NCBI GenBank assembly: GCA_965213685.1
Contig: CBDBZY010000016.1
Coordinates: 462,800 to 526,799 of the forward strand
Reading direction: 5' to 3'
DNA: 64,000 nt
Origin: a bacterium
GTDB lineage: Bacteria > UBA8248
The position numbers were made by a program, and so were the translations under genes. The notes under the pieces were generated by a model. It worked only from the letters and a program-made list of their open reading frames with translations, was not told where the DNA came from and made no database searches. Below are positions 11,268 through 22,151 of the stretch, piece after piece; the first letter of the stretch is position 1; each line of letters starts with the position of its first letter.

Positions 11268-14200
11268 TTAACTATCACTGCTATTGGTTCCATATGTTCG
11301 GCTGGTTGACTGTCCATAGGACTGGTTTGGTGTTGGTGGTGTTCTCTGAACCAGAGGAGGCTGGTCTGAGCTCCCTCTTGTGCTGGTCTTGGTGACACTC
11401 TGCTGCGTTGAAGAGTGTGCATAGCTCTGTGAGCTACTCTGAGCCTCTTCACTTGAGTTGGTGCTGGTGGTGGAGTTAGTGTGCTTGGGTCGGTAGCGAT
11501 TCCTCTCGCGGTCCCTCCCAAAAGCTTCCACGCCCTCCACAAAGAGTCGGTATTCCTCATCAGCAGATGACAAAGGAGGGGCTTCAGATGTCTCATCATC
11601 TGTGTCTTTAGGAAGGGGCACCAGTGGTGAGCTCTCAGACACATTGGTACCCATACATCGAGACAGACATGACCTAAAAGACTGGTCGTTGTTCTTGGCA
11701 ATTCGGTATATTACATAACAGATCATGTAGAAGAGAGGGCAGAAGATGAGGATATACTGAAGTGCAAAGGCCCAACCAGAGAGTGGAATACCTATTGATG
11801 TGTAGTGGATGTTGTACATACTGAAGACATTGATCAGTGCAAGGATTCCAAAAATCGTGGCATCAACATTATTGTAGAAGTCTTTCTTGTATGGTCTGAT
11901 GACAGCAAATAGGAGAATTCCAATTGTGCACACCAACTGCTGGACAACGTATTGCTGAAACCATGTGGAAGTATAGACATAGGAAGTGAATATTACTGTG
12001 CGCAGAAGGAAATAGAGCCCGGCAAAGTATCGGCAATCTCTTGTTCCATTTGTTCCATCTTTGAAGCAACCTTGGAATGTATCGAGAAACACCTGCATAC
12101 GTCCACCAGCTTGGAAAAACTGACCACAGCAGCCAAACCTTATAGTCAGACTCTCTACTAACTTCAGTGGGTAGACGAAGAGGATCAGAGGTGGGAGCAG
12201 TACGAATGTGATGATCACAAACATGGCCATTATGAAGTATGGGATGTGCTCCTTGCCAAGGTATTCTGTGCCTCCTTGAAAATAGAGATGATTACCTGTT
12301 CTTGGTCCTGTGGAGTCTTGGATGGTTGTAGGAGTGAGGAGGTAGATAGAAACCATGGTGAATTTGGTATACGAAAGGACAAGAAATGTGGAAAAGGCGT
12401 CAATGGTGGATCGATTCAAATTCCAGCGTCGTTGGAATGAGCCAAAAATACGATGCACTGGTTTACAGAGACAGAAGATTGGCTGTATGCCACGTTCATA
12501 CAGTGACACTGTGCAGTAGAACACCAGTATCAGAAGCAGAGGATAAACAGCAAGGACATACTGTAGAGACAGCACTCCTAGGGTGTCTACATCAGGGCTG
12601 ATGCAGAAAGGTGGCACAACAGAAGTGAAAAAGTTTAGATTCCAAATATCGTATGGTACTTCATAGATTTTCTGTAGAGTAATGGCACTGCTAGTGACAT
12701 TTTTTAAAGGGACAGTCTTGTCTCCATCTATTTCAAACGTTGTTGTCAGCAGCTGAGCAAAGAAGATGAATCCATTAGCGCTGCCTCTGGTGACACTGAT
12801 GTGGAAGAAGATGGCGATGAAGAAGAAAATAGTGACAGGGAGGATCTCTAACAGCAGGTAATAGACCCAGTGGTACAGGGCCTGCTTGTGAGTGCACTTC
12901 ACACAGTCAAAGGTATTTGAGTTGATTGCAGGGGCATAACCTTTTTGACACTGTCCACAAAACATGCCCTGCCTGTTGACAGGATGGCAAAAGAACTCAT
13001 CCAGCTCAGTGCTTCTGTTGGGCAATTTCACATACTCTGCATTTGTCACCATGGTAGTGTAAGAACTTGTTCCAACCACAAGCTTGCCAGTTGATCTATC
13101 TACCCCCATCCACAGCCCTCTCCTCAGTTCTGCTGTGAAGTCTTCCTGGTTACATCTTAATACTCCACCATAGTTACCAGTACACACACAGAGTGTGTTG
13201 TTGTGTGTGTCATTCTGAGGGGAAAATCCCGGGGGGCAGGGAAGAATTTCTACTACAATTTCAGTGTAGAGTACTCGAGGATTGATTGTTTCTATTGCTA
13301 GCAGAGCAGTTGAGTTTGGTTCTCCAGTTAGCTCAACAGTATTGTCTGAAACATAGGTATAGGCACTTGGAATCTGCGCAGTGTCTGGAGAGTGTGACCA
13401 CAAGTTGAACACAGCATGAGCAGTTTGGTTTTTCATTCTATCGCCCAAAACCTCAACAGGCATCAACTGTCTCTTCCCCAGTATGACCTCCATGTGGTAG
13501 GATGAATCATTCCCTGTGTTACTGAAGGCAGCCGGAGCGCTGGATATATCATCTGAACAGTTACCTCCATCATATTCCCATGCGCTGCTCCAACAAAACA
13601 CATCCCGTTGAGGGTCGGGAACTTTCTTCTTGGACATTGGGGTATAGTATCCCCAAAGACAAGGTACAAGAGATGTGCTATATATTGCATTCCCACCATC
13701 ACTGTACAGAGCAGTATTCCCCCTGAAGTAGAAAGTGGCTGTCCAGTTCCATGGCTGTAGTAGAGGGTCACTGTACTGGATGAAGCATGTGCCAAACAGC
13801 ATTAACATATGCTGCCCAACAATGTAGGAGTATATGGCGCCACCATACTGGCCAGCTATGTTGTCAATGAATATCATTTGTGTGTAGTTGTAAACACGAA
13901 TGTAGGAGGAGCTATAGAGAGCAATGGCACCACCAGTCCTGCCCTGGTTTCCAGTGAAGTTAGCAATGCAGTAATCTAAGAAATGCACACCGCTGTCAAC
14001 AACAGCCAAAGCCGATCGGTTATTGTTTTCAAAATGGACACTGTTATTAAAATGTAGAGGAAGTTTCTGTGTGTTAACTGTGCCAACGCCTATGGGCTCC
14101 CCGAGTATGGACACCACACTGGGATAGTCAGTATTCCCTATGAATATGCAGTCAGTGAAAAGGGGAACTGTGATGGCACCTGTCCAACCTAATGACCACT

Positions 14201-15497
14201 CTGATAAATGCACAGCACTTCCTACTCTACCCAGATTATGCAGCCACGAACAATTGTGAAACAGCAATCTGTTGGTAGCCAGGCTCCTGCTTCTCTCTCT
14301 GGCTGTATTGAAGTATACCCCTCCCCCCCAGTACGCCCAGTTGTGTTGGAAAGTGCAGTTTTGAAAGAGCATGTTATTGAGGCCCATACGAGAATCATTA
14401 GTAAATTTGTATGCGAGTTTCATTCCTCCACCGCCTGTAGTTTGGCCAGTTGTTGCAGTAGCGTTGTAGAGGTATGCAGTGTTGTTATAAACTCTACAAG
14501 AGTCCATTATGAACGTGTTGTTCCAACTCAAATGCTGGAACTCTACAAACACTCCTCCTCCCCACTCTGCCTCATTGTTTTCAAACACACACCTTTCCAC
14601 TGCCACTGAGCTGTTCTCAACTTCACTGAAGAACACACTCAGGCCTCCTCCGTGACCGAATGTCAGGTGGTTGGTGTCCTGGGGCAGGAGGTAGATGTAC
14701 TCCACTGGGTGCCACATGTGCCCACGATTGCCCCCAAACACACACTCACTGATCCTGTACTCCACTCCTGTGCTGTACTGTGGGGGGATGGAGGTGGTGC
14801 CTGCGTCACAGTCGCTAGGGAGTTGGGGGTCACAGAAGGGAAATTCGATGTATAGACCCCCTCCACTGGGAACCATTTCATTGTTGGGGGGTCTGTTGTA
14901 GAGGAAAGTGCAGTTGTTGATGTAGTTGAGTCCACCAGTAGCATACACGGCCATTCCTGTCCCTGTGCTGTTGGTGACACTCACTCCAGTCAGGTTGATG
15001 TGCTGACAGAACAGGAAGTACACGCCCACAGGAAACTGCATGAAGGAGAAGCTGTGGTCACTGAAGTTACGGCTCGTGCTGTTCTGCAGAGCCCCACAGC
15101 CAGAGAAGTGTACATTCTGGATAGTGATGTCACTGGACTGGACAAAGCTGAGGCCTGCCCCAGATTCACACGTCACTGTCACCACAGCTTGGGATAACCC
15201 ATTTACAAATGGGTCAACACCAGTCAGGGCTATATTGGTAAATCCAGATAAGCTAATCATGTGGTTCAGTGAGTAGTCTCCACTACTCACCTCCACCTGA
15301 GTGGAGTTTAGCACTCGCTCACTCACAGCATAGGAGAAGGTACGACAAGGGTGGGTGTGGCTTCCACAAGTGGCATTGTCACTGGCATTGGGGTTGCTAC
15401 AGTCCACATATACTGTGTGCTCATAGTGAGCAAAGGAGAGGGCACTATGCAGCACAGCTGCCACCAGCAACCAGAACAACCTCTCAGATGTCATCAT
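11268..15497 (-). CDS. Pmp-like beta-helix multi-pass membrane protein, paralog 3
   Basis: 1409-aa intronless ORF with the same architecture; the tandem unit is about 5.29 kb. Confidence 0.92.
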   Translation of the reverse strand: MMTSERLFWLLVAAVLHSALSFAHYEHTVYVDCSNPNASDNATCGSHTHPCRTFSYAVSERVLNSTQVEVSSGDYSLNHMISLSGFTNIALTGVDPFVNGLSQAVVTVTCESGAGLSFVQSSDITIQNVHFSGCGALQNSTSRNFSDHSFSFMQFPVGVYFLFCQHINLTGVSVTNSTGTGMAVYATGGLNYINNCTFLYNRPPNNEMVPSGGGLYIEFPFCDPQLPSDCDAGTTSIPPQYSTGVEYRISECVFGGNRGHMWHPVEYIYLLPQDTNHLTFGHGGGLSVFFSEVENSSVAVERCVFENNEAEWGGGVFVEFQHLSWNNTFIMDSCRVYNNTAYLYNATATTGQTTGGGGMKLAYKFTNDSRMGLNNMLFQNCTFQHNWAYWGGGVYFNTARERSRSLATNRLLFHNCSWLHNLGRVGSAVHLSEWSLGWTGAITVPLFTDCIFIGNTDYPSVVSILGEPIGVGTVNTQKLPLHFNNSVHFENNNRSALAVVDSGVHFLDYCIANFTGNQGRTGGAIALYSSSYIRVYNYTQMIFIDNIAGQYGGAIYSYIVGQHMLMLFGTCFIQYSDPLLQPWNWTATFYFRGNTALYSDGGNAIYSTSLVPCLWGYYTPMSKKKVPDPQRDVFCWSSAWEYDGGNCSDDISSAPAAFSNTGNDSSYHMEVILGKRQLMPVEVLGDRMKNQTAHAVFNLWSHSPDTAQIPSAYTYVSDNTVELTGEPNSTALLAIETINPRVLYTEIVVEILPCPPGFSPQNDTHNNTLCVCTGNYGGVLRCNQEDFTAELRRGLWMGVDRSTGKLVVGTSSYTTMVTNAEYVKLPNRSTELDEFFCHPVNRQGMFCGQCQKGYAPAINSNTFDCVKCTHKQALYHWVYYLLLEILPVTIFFFIAIFFHISVTRGSANGFIFFAQLLTTTFEIDGDKTVPLKNVTSSAITLQKIYEVPYDIWNLNFFTSVVPPFCISPDVDTLGVLSLQYVLAVYPLLLILVFYCTVSLYERGIQPIFCLCKPVHRIFGSFQRRWNLNRSTIDAFSTFLVLSYTKFTMVSIYLLTPTTIQDSTGPRTGNHLYFQGGTEYLGKEHIPYFIMAMFVIITFVLLPPLILFVYPLKLVESLTIRFGCCGQFFQAGGRMQVFLDTFQGCFKDGTNGTRDCRYFAGLYFLLRTVIFTSYVYTSTWFQQYVVQQLVCTIGILLFAVIRPYKKDFYNNVDATIFGILALINVFSMYNIHYTSIGIPLSGWAFALQYILIFCPLFYMICYVIYRIAKNNDQSFRSCLSRCMGTNVSESSPLVPLPKDTDDETSEAPPLSSADEEYRLFVEGVEAFGRDRERNRYRPKHTNSTTSTNSSEEAQSSSQSYAHSSTQQSVTKTSTRGSSDQPPLVQRTPPTPNQSYGQSTSRTYGTNSSDS

Positions 15498-16558
15498 GCT
15501 CTTCTTTAATCTAGCAGGACAACAAGAGGAGGGCTGATATATACAATACAGTAATTAGCCACTCTATGTGTAAGGCTCCATGCACACTCTGCTAATGTCA
15601 CACTCAACACAGTAAAAACAGAACTGTTCTCTTTAGTGTTATGTTGTACCTGTGTAGCAGTGCCCATGGTTCCCTCCATGTGCTACACAATCACAACACT
15701 TCCTTATCATGTGCCCCACAGCACAGCCCAAAACAGCTGTGATGATATGTATTACCATGCACGGATAGTTTACTATCCCATGGTATTACATGGCGTAAAG
15801 GTATTTGCTAAAGAAACAATGCCATTTTTGCTGTGAATACCATAGTCCGTATGTAAAGTGCATGGTTTGCTATACGTGATGTATGCTACTTTGTTCTGGG
15901 CTCACCTGCTGTGTGTTGAAACGCTCCCTTTTCACGTTACGTACACACGCACTGCAGCTTGTAAACTAGCTACTCAGTCCAGTTGAGCCCTATAAAATTT
16001 CAGTCGCGAGAACAAGAAGTTATTGTACATGTCACAAGTAGAACATACAAAACCAAACATGGAGTACGCAGCGACGTTGAGTATGCGATGAGAGGCTGCA
16101 ACGCGTAGAGTCTACATGTACTTTGCTTACCTACCAAGTACGACTCGTTTATGCTGAGCCTCTTTCACTGTGCAAATTCTGGCCCTCTTGAAGCACTGGT
16201 ATGCGTTTGCAAGTTGAATGGTGCGCCTAGAAGTAGCACACCGCCATACCGCACCCTTTTGGTTGGAATTGGAATAGGAAACAAACGGAAGTGATTCCGG
16301 AATATTGAGCACAGTGCGCGCGCGATGCACGCTAGTGGCATGCGGTACTAGCTACAGTGGCAACTGCTATATAGTACCCTTTGTTTAGCCTACCAAGTGA
16401 TGAGATTCTGCACCAATAGCTATAGATTACAGTTCATTGAACCTATTGTATGCATTATGTGCACACTTTTTATATGCACTAACAAAAATGATAGAAATAC
16501 AATCAAACCTGCAGAGGAGTGTATTGTGTACATATTGCACACACAGTCTAGTAAGAGC

Positions 16559-19500
16559 TTAACTATCACTGCTAATGGTTCCATATGTTCGGCTGGTTGA
16601 CTGTCCATAGGACTGGTTTGGTGTTGGTGGTGTTCTCTGAACCAGAGGAGGCTGGTCTGAGCTCCCTCTTGTGCTGGTCTTGGTGACACTCTGCTGTGTT
16701 GAAGAGTATGCATAGCTCTGTGAGCTACTCTGAGCTGCTTCACTTGAGTTGGTGCTGGTGGTGGAGTTAGTGTGCTTGGGTCGGTAGCGATTCCTCTCGC
16801 GGTCCCTCCCAAAAGCTTCCACGCCCTCCACAAAGAGTCGGTATTCCTCATCAGCAGATGACAAAGGAGGGGCTTCAGATGTCTCGTCATCTGTGTCTTT
16901 AGGAAGGGGCACCAGTGGTGACCTCTCAGGCACATTGGTACCCATACATCGAGACAGACATGACCTAAAAGACTGGTCGTTGTTCTTGACTATTCGGTAT
17001 ATTACATAACAGATCATGTAGAAGAGAGGACAGAAGATGAGGAGATACTGAAGTGCAAAGGCCCAACTAGTGAGTGGGATATCCATTGCAGCATAAAAGA
17101 TGTTGTACATACTGAGGACATTGATCAGTGCAAGGATTCCAAGAATTGTGGCATCAACATTATTGTAGAAGTCTTTCTTGTATGGTCTGATGACAGCAAA
17201 TAGGAGAATTCCAATTGTGCACACCAACTGCTGGACAACGTACTGCTGGAACCAGATGCCAGTATAAATGAAAGAGGTGAATATTATTGTGCGCAGAAGG
17301 AAGTAGAGCCCGGCAAAGTATCGGCAATCTCTTGTTCCGTTTGTTCCATCTTTAAAGCAACCTTGGAATGTATCGAGAAACACCTGCATACGTCCACCAG
17401 CTTGGAAAAACTGACCACAACAACCGAGCCTTCTAGTCAGACTCTCTACTAACTTCAGTGGGTAGACGAAGAGGATCAGAGGTGGGAGCAGTACGAATGT
17501 GATCATCACAAACATGGCCATTATGAAGTATGGGATGTGCTCCTTGCCAAGGTATTCTGTGCCTCCTTGATAGTAGAGATGATGACCTGTTCTTGGTCCT
17601 GTGGAGTCCTGCACAGTTGTAGGAGTGAGCAGGTAGGTAGAAACCACAGTGAACTTGGTATACGAAAGGACAAGAAATGTGGAAAAAGCATCAATGGTGG
17701 ATCTATTCAAGTTCCAGCGTCGTTGGAATGAGCCAAAAATACGATGCACTGGCTTACAGAGACAGAAGATTGGCTGTATGCCACGTTCATACAGTGACAC
17801 TGTGCAGTAGAACACCAGTATCAGAAGCAGAGGATAAACAGCAAGGACATAGTGTAGAGACAGCACTCCTAGGGTGTCTACATCAGGGCTGATGCAGAAA
17901 GGTGGCACAACGGAAGTAAAAAAGTTCAGATTCCAAATGTCGTATGGTACTTCATAGATCTTTTGCAGAGTAATGGCACTGCTAGTGACGTTTCTTATAG
18001 GGACAGTCTTATCTCCATCTATATCAAATGTTGTTGTTAGAAGTTGAGCAAAAAAGATGAAGCCATTAGCGCTGCCTCGAGTAACACTGATGTGGAAGAG
18101 GACAACAATGAAGAAGAATATAGTGATAGGGAGGATCTCTAACAGCAGGTAATAGACCCAGTGGTACAGGGCCTGCTTGTGAGTGCACTTCACACAGTCA
18201 AAGGTATTTGAGTTGATGGCAGGGGCATACCCCTTAACACACTGTCCACAAAACATGCCTTGCCTGTTGACAGGATGGCAGAGCAGTTCATCCAGCCCAG
18301 AACTTTTGTTGGGCAGCTTCACGTACTCCTCCTCCATATGCACAGCAGTGTAGGGACACATCCCCACAACAAGCTGGTCAGACGACTCGTCTATCCCCAT
18401 CCACTGCCCTCTCCTCAGTCTCACTGAGAAATCCGCCTGATTGCACCTCACCACTCCCCCATAGTTACCAGTACACACACACTGTGTGTTGTTGTGTGTG
18501 TCATTCTGAGGGGAAAATCCCGGGGGGCAGGGAAGAATTTCTACTACAATTTCAGTGTAGAGCACTCGAGGATTGATTGTTTCTATTGCTAGCAGAGCAG
18601 TTGAGTTTGGTTCTCCAGTTAGCTCAACAGTATTGTCTGAAACATAGGTATAGGCACTTGGAATCTGCGCAGTGTCTGGAGAGTGTGACCACAAGTTGAA
18701 CACAGCATGAGCAGTTTGGTTTTTCATTCTGTCACCCAAAACCTCAACAGGCATCAACTGTCTCTTCCCCAGTATGACCTCCATGTGGTAGGATGAATCA
18801 TTCCCTGTGTTACTGAAGGCAGCCGGAGCGCTAGATATATCATCTGAACAGTTACCTCCATCATATTCCCATGCACTGTTCCAACAAAACACATCCCGTC
18901 GAGGGTCGGGAACTTTCTTCTTGGACATTGGGGTATAGTATCCCCAAAAACAAGGTACAAGAGATGTGCCATATATAGCATTCCCACCATCGCTGTACAG
19001 AGCAGTATTCCCTTTAAAGTAGAAACTGGCAGTCCAGTTCCACGGCTGTAATGTAGGGTCACTGTACTGGATGAAGCACGTGCCAAAAAAGAATAACATA
19101 TGCTGCCCAACAGCATATGAGTATATGGCACCACCATACTGGCCAGCTATGTTGTCAATGAATATCATTTGTGTGTGGTCGTAAATACGAATGTAGGAGG
19201 AGCTATAGAGGGCAATGGCACCGCCAGTCCTGCCCTGGTTTCCAGTGAAGTTAGCAATGCAGTTTTCTAAAAAATGCACACCACTGTCAACAACAGCCAA
19301 AGCTGATCTGTTATTGTTTTCAAAATGAACACTGTTATTAAAATTCAGAGGAACAGTGTGTGTGTTAACTGTGCCAACACCTATTGGTTGACCAAGAGTC
19401 GACACCACACTGGGATAGTCATTGTTTCCTATGAATATGCAGTCAGTGAAAACTGGATTTGTAATGGCACCTGTCCAACCTACTGACCACTCTGATAAGT

Positions 19501-20797
19501 CCATTGCACTACCAACTCTGCCAAGGTTGTATAGCCATGAACAGTCATAGAACAGTAATCTGTTGGTAGCCAGGCTCCTGCTTCTCTCTCTGGCTGTGTC
19601 GAAGTATACCCCTCCCCCCCAGTATGCCCAGTTGTGTTGGAAAGTGCAGTTTTGAAAAAGCATGGTATTGAGGCTCATACGGGAATCGTTACTGAAATGG
19701 AACCCAAGTTTCATTCCTCCACCACCTGTAGTTTGGCCAGTTGTTGCACTAGCGTTGTAGAGGTATGCAGTGTTGTTATAAACTCTACAGGAGTCCATTA
19801 TGAACATGTTGTTCCAACTGAACTGCTGGAACTCTACAAACACTCCTCCTCCCCACTCTGCCTCATTGTTCTCAAACACACACCTTTCCACTGCCACTGA
19901 GCTGTTCTCAACTTCACTGAAGAACACACTCAGGCCTCCTCCGTGACCGAATGTCAGGTGGTTCGTGTCCTGGGGCAGGAGGTAGATGTACTCCACTGGG
20001 TGCCACATGTGCCCACGATTGCCCCCAAACACACACTCACTGATCCTGTACTCCACTCCTGTGCTGTACTGTGGGGGGATGGAGGTGGTGCCTGCGTCAC
20101 AGTCACTAGGGAGTTGGGGGTCGCAGAAGGGAAATTCGATGTATAGACCCCCTCCACTAGGAACAATTTCATTGTTGGGGGGTCTGTTATAGAGGAAACT
20201 GCAGTTTTGGATGTAGTTGAGTCCACCAGTAGCATACACAGCCATTCCTGTCCCTGTGCTGTTGGTGACACTCACTCCAGTCAGGTTGATGTGCTGACAG
20301 AACAGGAAGTACACGCCCACAGGAAACTGCATGAAGGAGAAGCTGTTGTCACTGAAGTTACGGCTCGTGCTGTTCTGCAGAGCCCCACAGCCGGAGAAGT
20401 GCACATTCTGGATAGTGATGTCACTGGACTGGACAAAGCTGAGGCCTGCCCCAGATTCACATGTCACTGTTACCACAGGTTGGGATGACCCATTTACAAA
20501 TGGGTCGACACCAGTCAGGGCTATATTGGTAAGTCCAGACAAGCTGATCATGTGGTTCAGTGAGTAGTCTCCACTGCTGACCACCACCTGAGTAAAGTTC
20601 AGCACTCGCTCACTCACTGCATAAGAGAAGGTACAGCAAGGGTGGGTGTGGCTTCCACAAGTGACATCATCAGTGGCATTGGGGTTGCTACAGTCCACAT
20701 ACACTGTGTGGTCATAGGCCAATGCCAGAGACAGAAGCAATGGAGTTAGAAATATTGTGGCCACCCAAAAAGTGTGCACTGTTTGTACTGCTGCCAT
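16559..20797 (-). CDS. Pmp-like beta-helix multi-pass membrane protein, paralog 4 (distinct signal peptide)
   Basis: First ATG at 20797 (MAAVQTVHTFWVATIFLTPLLLSLALA), just downstream of a splice acceptor (tttgctactgcag). The mature region is nearly identical to paralogs 1-3. Confidence 0.9.
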   Translation of the reverse strand: MAAVQTVHTFWVATIFLTPLLLSLALAYDHTVYVDCSNPNATDDVTCGSHTHPCCTFSYAVSERVLNFTQVVVSSGDYSLNHMISLSGLTNIALTGVDPFVNGSSQPVVTVTCESGAGLSFVQSSDITIQNVHFSGCGALQNSTSRNFSDNSFSFMQFPVGVYFLFCQHINLTGVSVTNSTGTGMAVYATGGLNYIQNCSFLYNRPPNNEIVPSGGGLYIEFPFCDPQLPSDCDAGTTSIPPQYSTGVEYRISECVFGGNRGHMWHPVEYIYLLPQDTNHLTFGHGGGLSVFFSEVENSSVAVERCVFENNEAEWGGGVFVEFQQFSWNNMFIMDSCRVYNNTAYLYNASATTGQTTGGGGMKLGFHFSNDSRMSLNTMLFQNCTFQHNWAYWGGGVYFDTARERSRSLATNRLLFYDCSWLYNLGRVGSAMDLSEWSVGWTGAITNPVFTDCIFIGNNDYPSVVSTLGQPIGVGTVNTHTVPLNFNNSVHFENNNRSALAVVDSGVHFLENCIANFTGNQGRTGGAIALYSSSYIRIYDHTQMIFIDNIAGQYGGAIYSYAVGQHMLFFFGTCFIQYSDPTLQPWNWTASFYFKGNTALYSDGGNAIYGTSLVPCFWGYYTPMSKKKVPDPRRDVFCWNSAWEYDGGNCSDDISSAPAAFSNTGNDSSYHMEVILGKRQLMPVEVLGDRMKNQTAHAVFNLWSHSPDTAQIPSAYTYVSDNTVELTGEPNSTALLAIETINPRVLYTEIVVEILPCPPGFSPQNDTHNNTQCVCTGNYGGVVRCNQADFSVRLRRGQWMGIDESSDQLVVGMCPYTAVHMEEEYVKLPNKSSGLDELLCHPVNRQGMFCGQCVKGYAPAINSNTFDCVKCTHKQALYHWVYYLLLEILPITIFFFIVVLFHISVTRGSANGFIFFAQLLTTTFDIDGDKTVPIRNVTSSAITLQKIYEVPYDIWNLNFFTSVVPPFCISPDVDTLGVLSLHYVLAVYPLLLILVFYCTVSLYERGIQPIFCLCKPVHRIFGSFQRRWNLNRSTIDAFSTFLVLSYTKFTVVSTYLLTPTTVQDSTGPRTGHHLYYQGGTEYLGKEHIPYFIMAMFVMITFVLLPPLILFVYPLKLVESLTRRLGCCGQFFQAGGRMQVFLDTFQGCFKDGTNGTRDCRYFAGLYFLLRTIIFTSFIYTGIWFQQYVVQQLVCTIGILLFAVIRPYKKDFYNNVDATILGILALINVLSMYNIFYAAMDIPLTSWAFALQYLLIFCPLFYMICYVIYRIVKNNDQSFRSCLSRCMGTNVPERSPLVPLPKDTDDETSEAPPLSSADEEYRLFVEGVEAFGRDRERNRYRPKHTNSTTSTNSSEAAQSSSQSYAYSSTQQSVTKTSTRGSSDQPPLVQRTPPTPNQSYGQSTSRTYGTISSDS

Positions 20798-22151
20798 CAA
20801 GCGCTTCCTGCAGTAGCAAACAAGAGATGATATCTTCACGCAACACCCTACTGGCCATACAAACTACAAGTACATGTACATTGTGTCCTGTGAGTAGCGC
20901 ATGCATCCTGTGAGTACGGCGGCGGCATAGACTTAATACCTCAGTAGGCTCCTGGTTGTAGATACTTTGACACGCACTAACTCAACTGACAGCAACGCAG
21001 CGGTCTCTCGGTGACAGAGCAGACAGGAATGGGCTTGTAGGTCCGTGCGGTGCCGTATTTCAGTAGAGTGTAGCCGGCTGCTTGCGCTGTACTAGACTCT
21101 ACTCGTTTATCATGAACTGAAAGTAGCCTATCACCTACCGTCTGACTCCCGGAAAGAGCAGGGGAGATGTAGCTAGCTACACTGCCGGTGCCAGCTGCTC
21201 GCCCACGCGCCCACCACAAGACACACCGCTATAGCGCGCTATGTACACAGGATACGTCATACACAGTTTTACACTGTGTAGATCTAGCTAACGTACGCGG
21301 AAAATTTTGGCGCCCCAAACATAAACAGAAACTAGTTCCGCGAAGAGTACCGTGCTGCGGGTGTTGTTTCGGTTTCATTTTACGACACGAAGCTCAGGCA
21401 AGGCTGTAGGTGCCTGCCCGTGTAATACCCAGGCCGTACCTGGATACTAGAGCCTGGACAATGGTTACGTGCCTCTAATATTCATGGCCAAGACTAGCTC
21501 CAGTTTACACAGTAAAAGGTCACTTCGTAATACGTCATGAGGCAGGCAGGTAGTATAGTAGTGTTACTTCCGGACGTCACGGTAAGTCCCCCTGCACCGG
21601 TCGAAAGGGTAAAGTTCACTACTAGAACTCTGGATGTATAAACCACATCAGCACTTGAAGAGGGCCAGAGTTTGCACGGCGAAGGAACGCGAACGAGTCG
21701 AGATTGCGTGTTGTACCAATTCAAGGTAAATGTTTAGCAACTTGGAAGTCCGCAGCTTAGCATCTCTGTGTATATAGTCACAGTGTAGTTTGTACGTGCA
21801 GATATTTTATTCATGACATGCACAATAACCGCTTCCTCTCACGACTGAAACTCAGGACCTTGCCGGACTTAGTGAATAATTTTCAGGCTGCGTTCAGTGC
21901 AGTGTACGTGTGTCGGTGTCTGCACGTGACGTGGAAAAGAACCATTTCTACGCACGACAGGTGAGCTCAACTGAGACATTCATCACACAGAGCAAAGCAC
22001 GCACCTTCAGGTACATGTGGTCCACAGTGTTGAGTGCGCATTCAGCTATGGCAACAATACTACTATAGCTCAATACATACATACAGTACCAAGTGTATTG
22101 AGTGTCAGCTCTTCTCTCGTTTGTTATCCTGCTAGGTTAAGGAGCAGGGCC

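Noticed and set aside
22017-22151. N-terminal extensions given by the ORF track (also 29096, 20839, 10213)
   Set aside because: Non-ATG starts running through the putative 5'-UTR intron or UTR; signal peptides begin at the downstream ATG.
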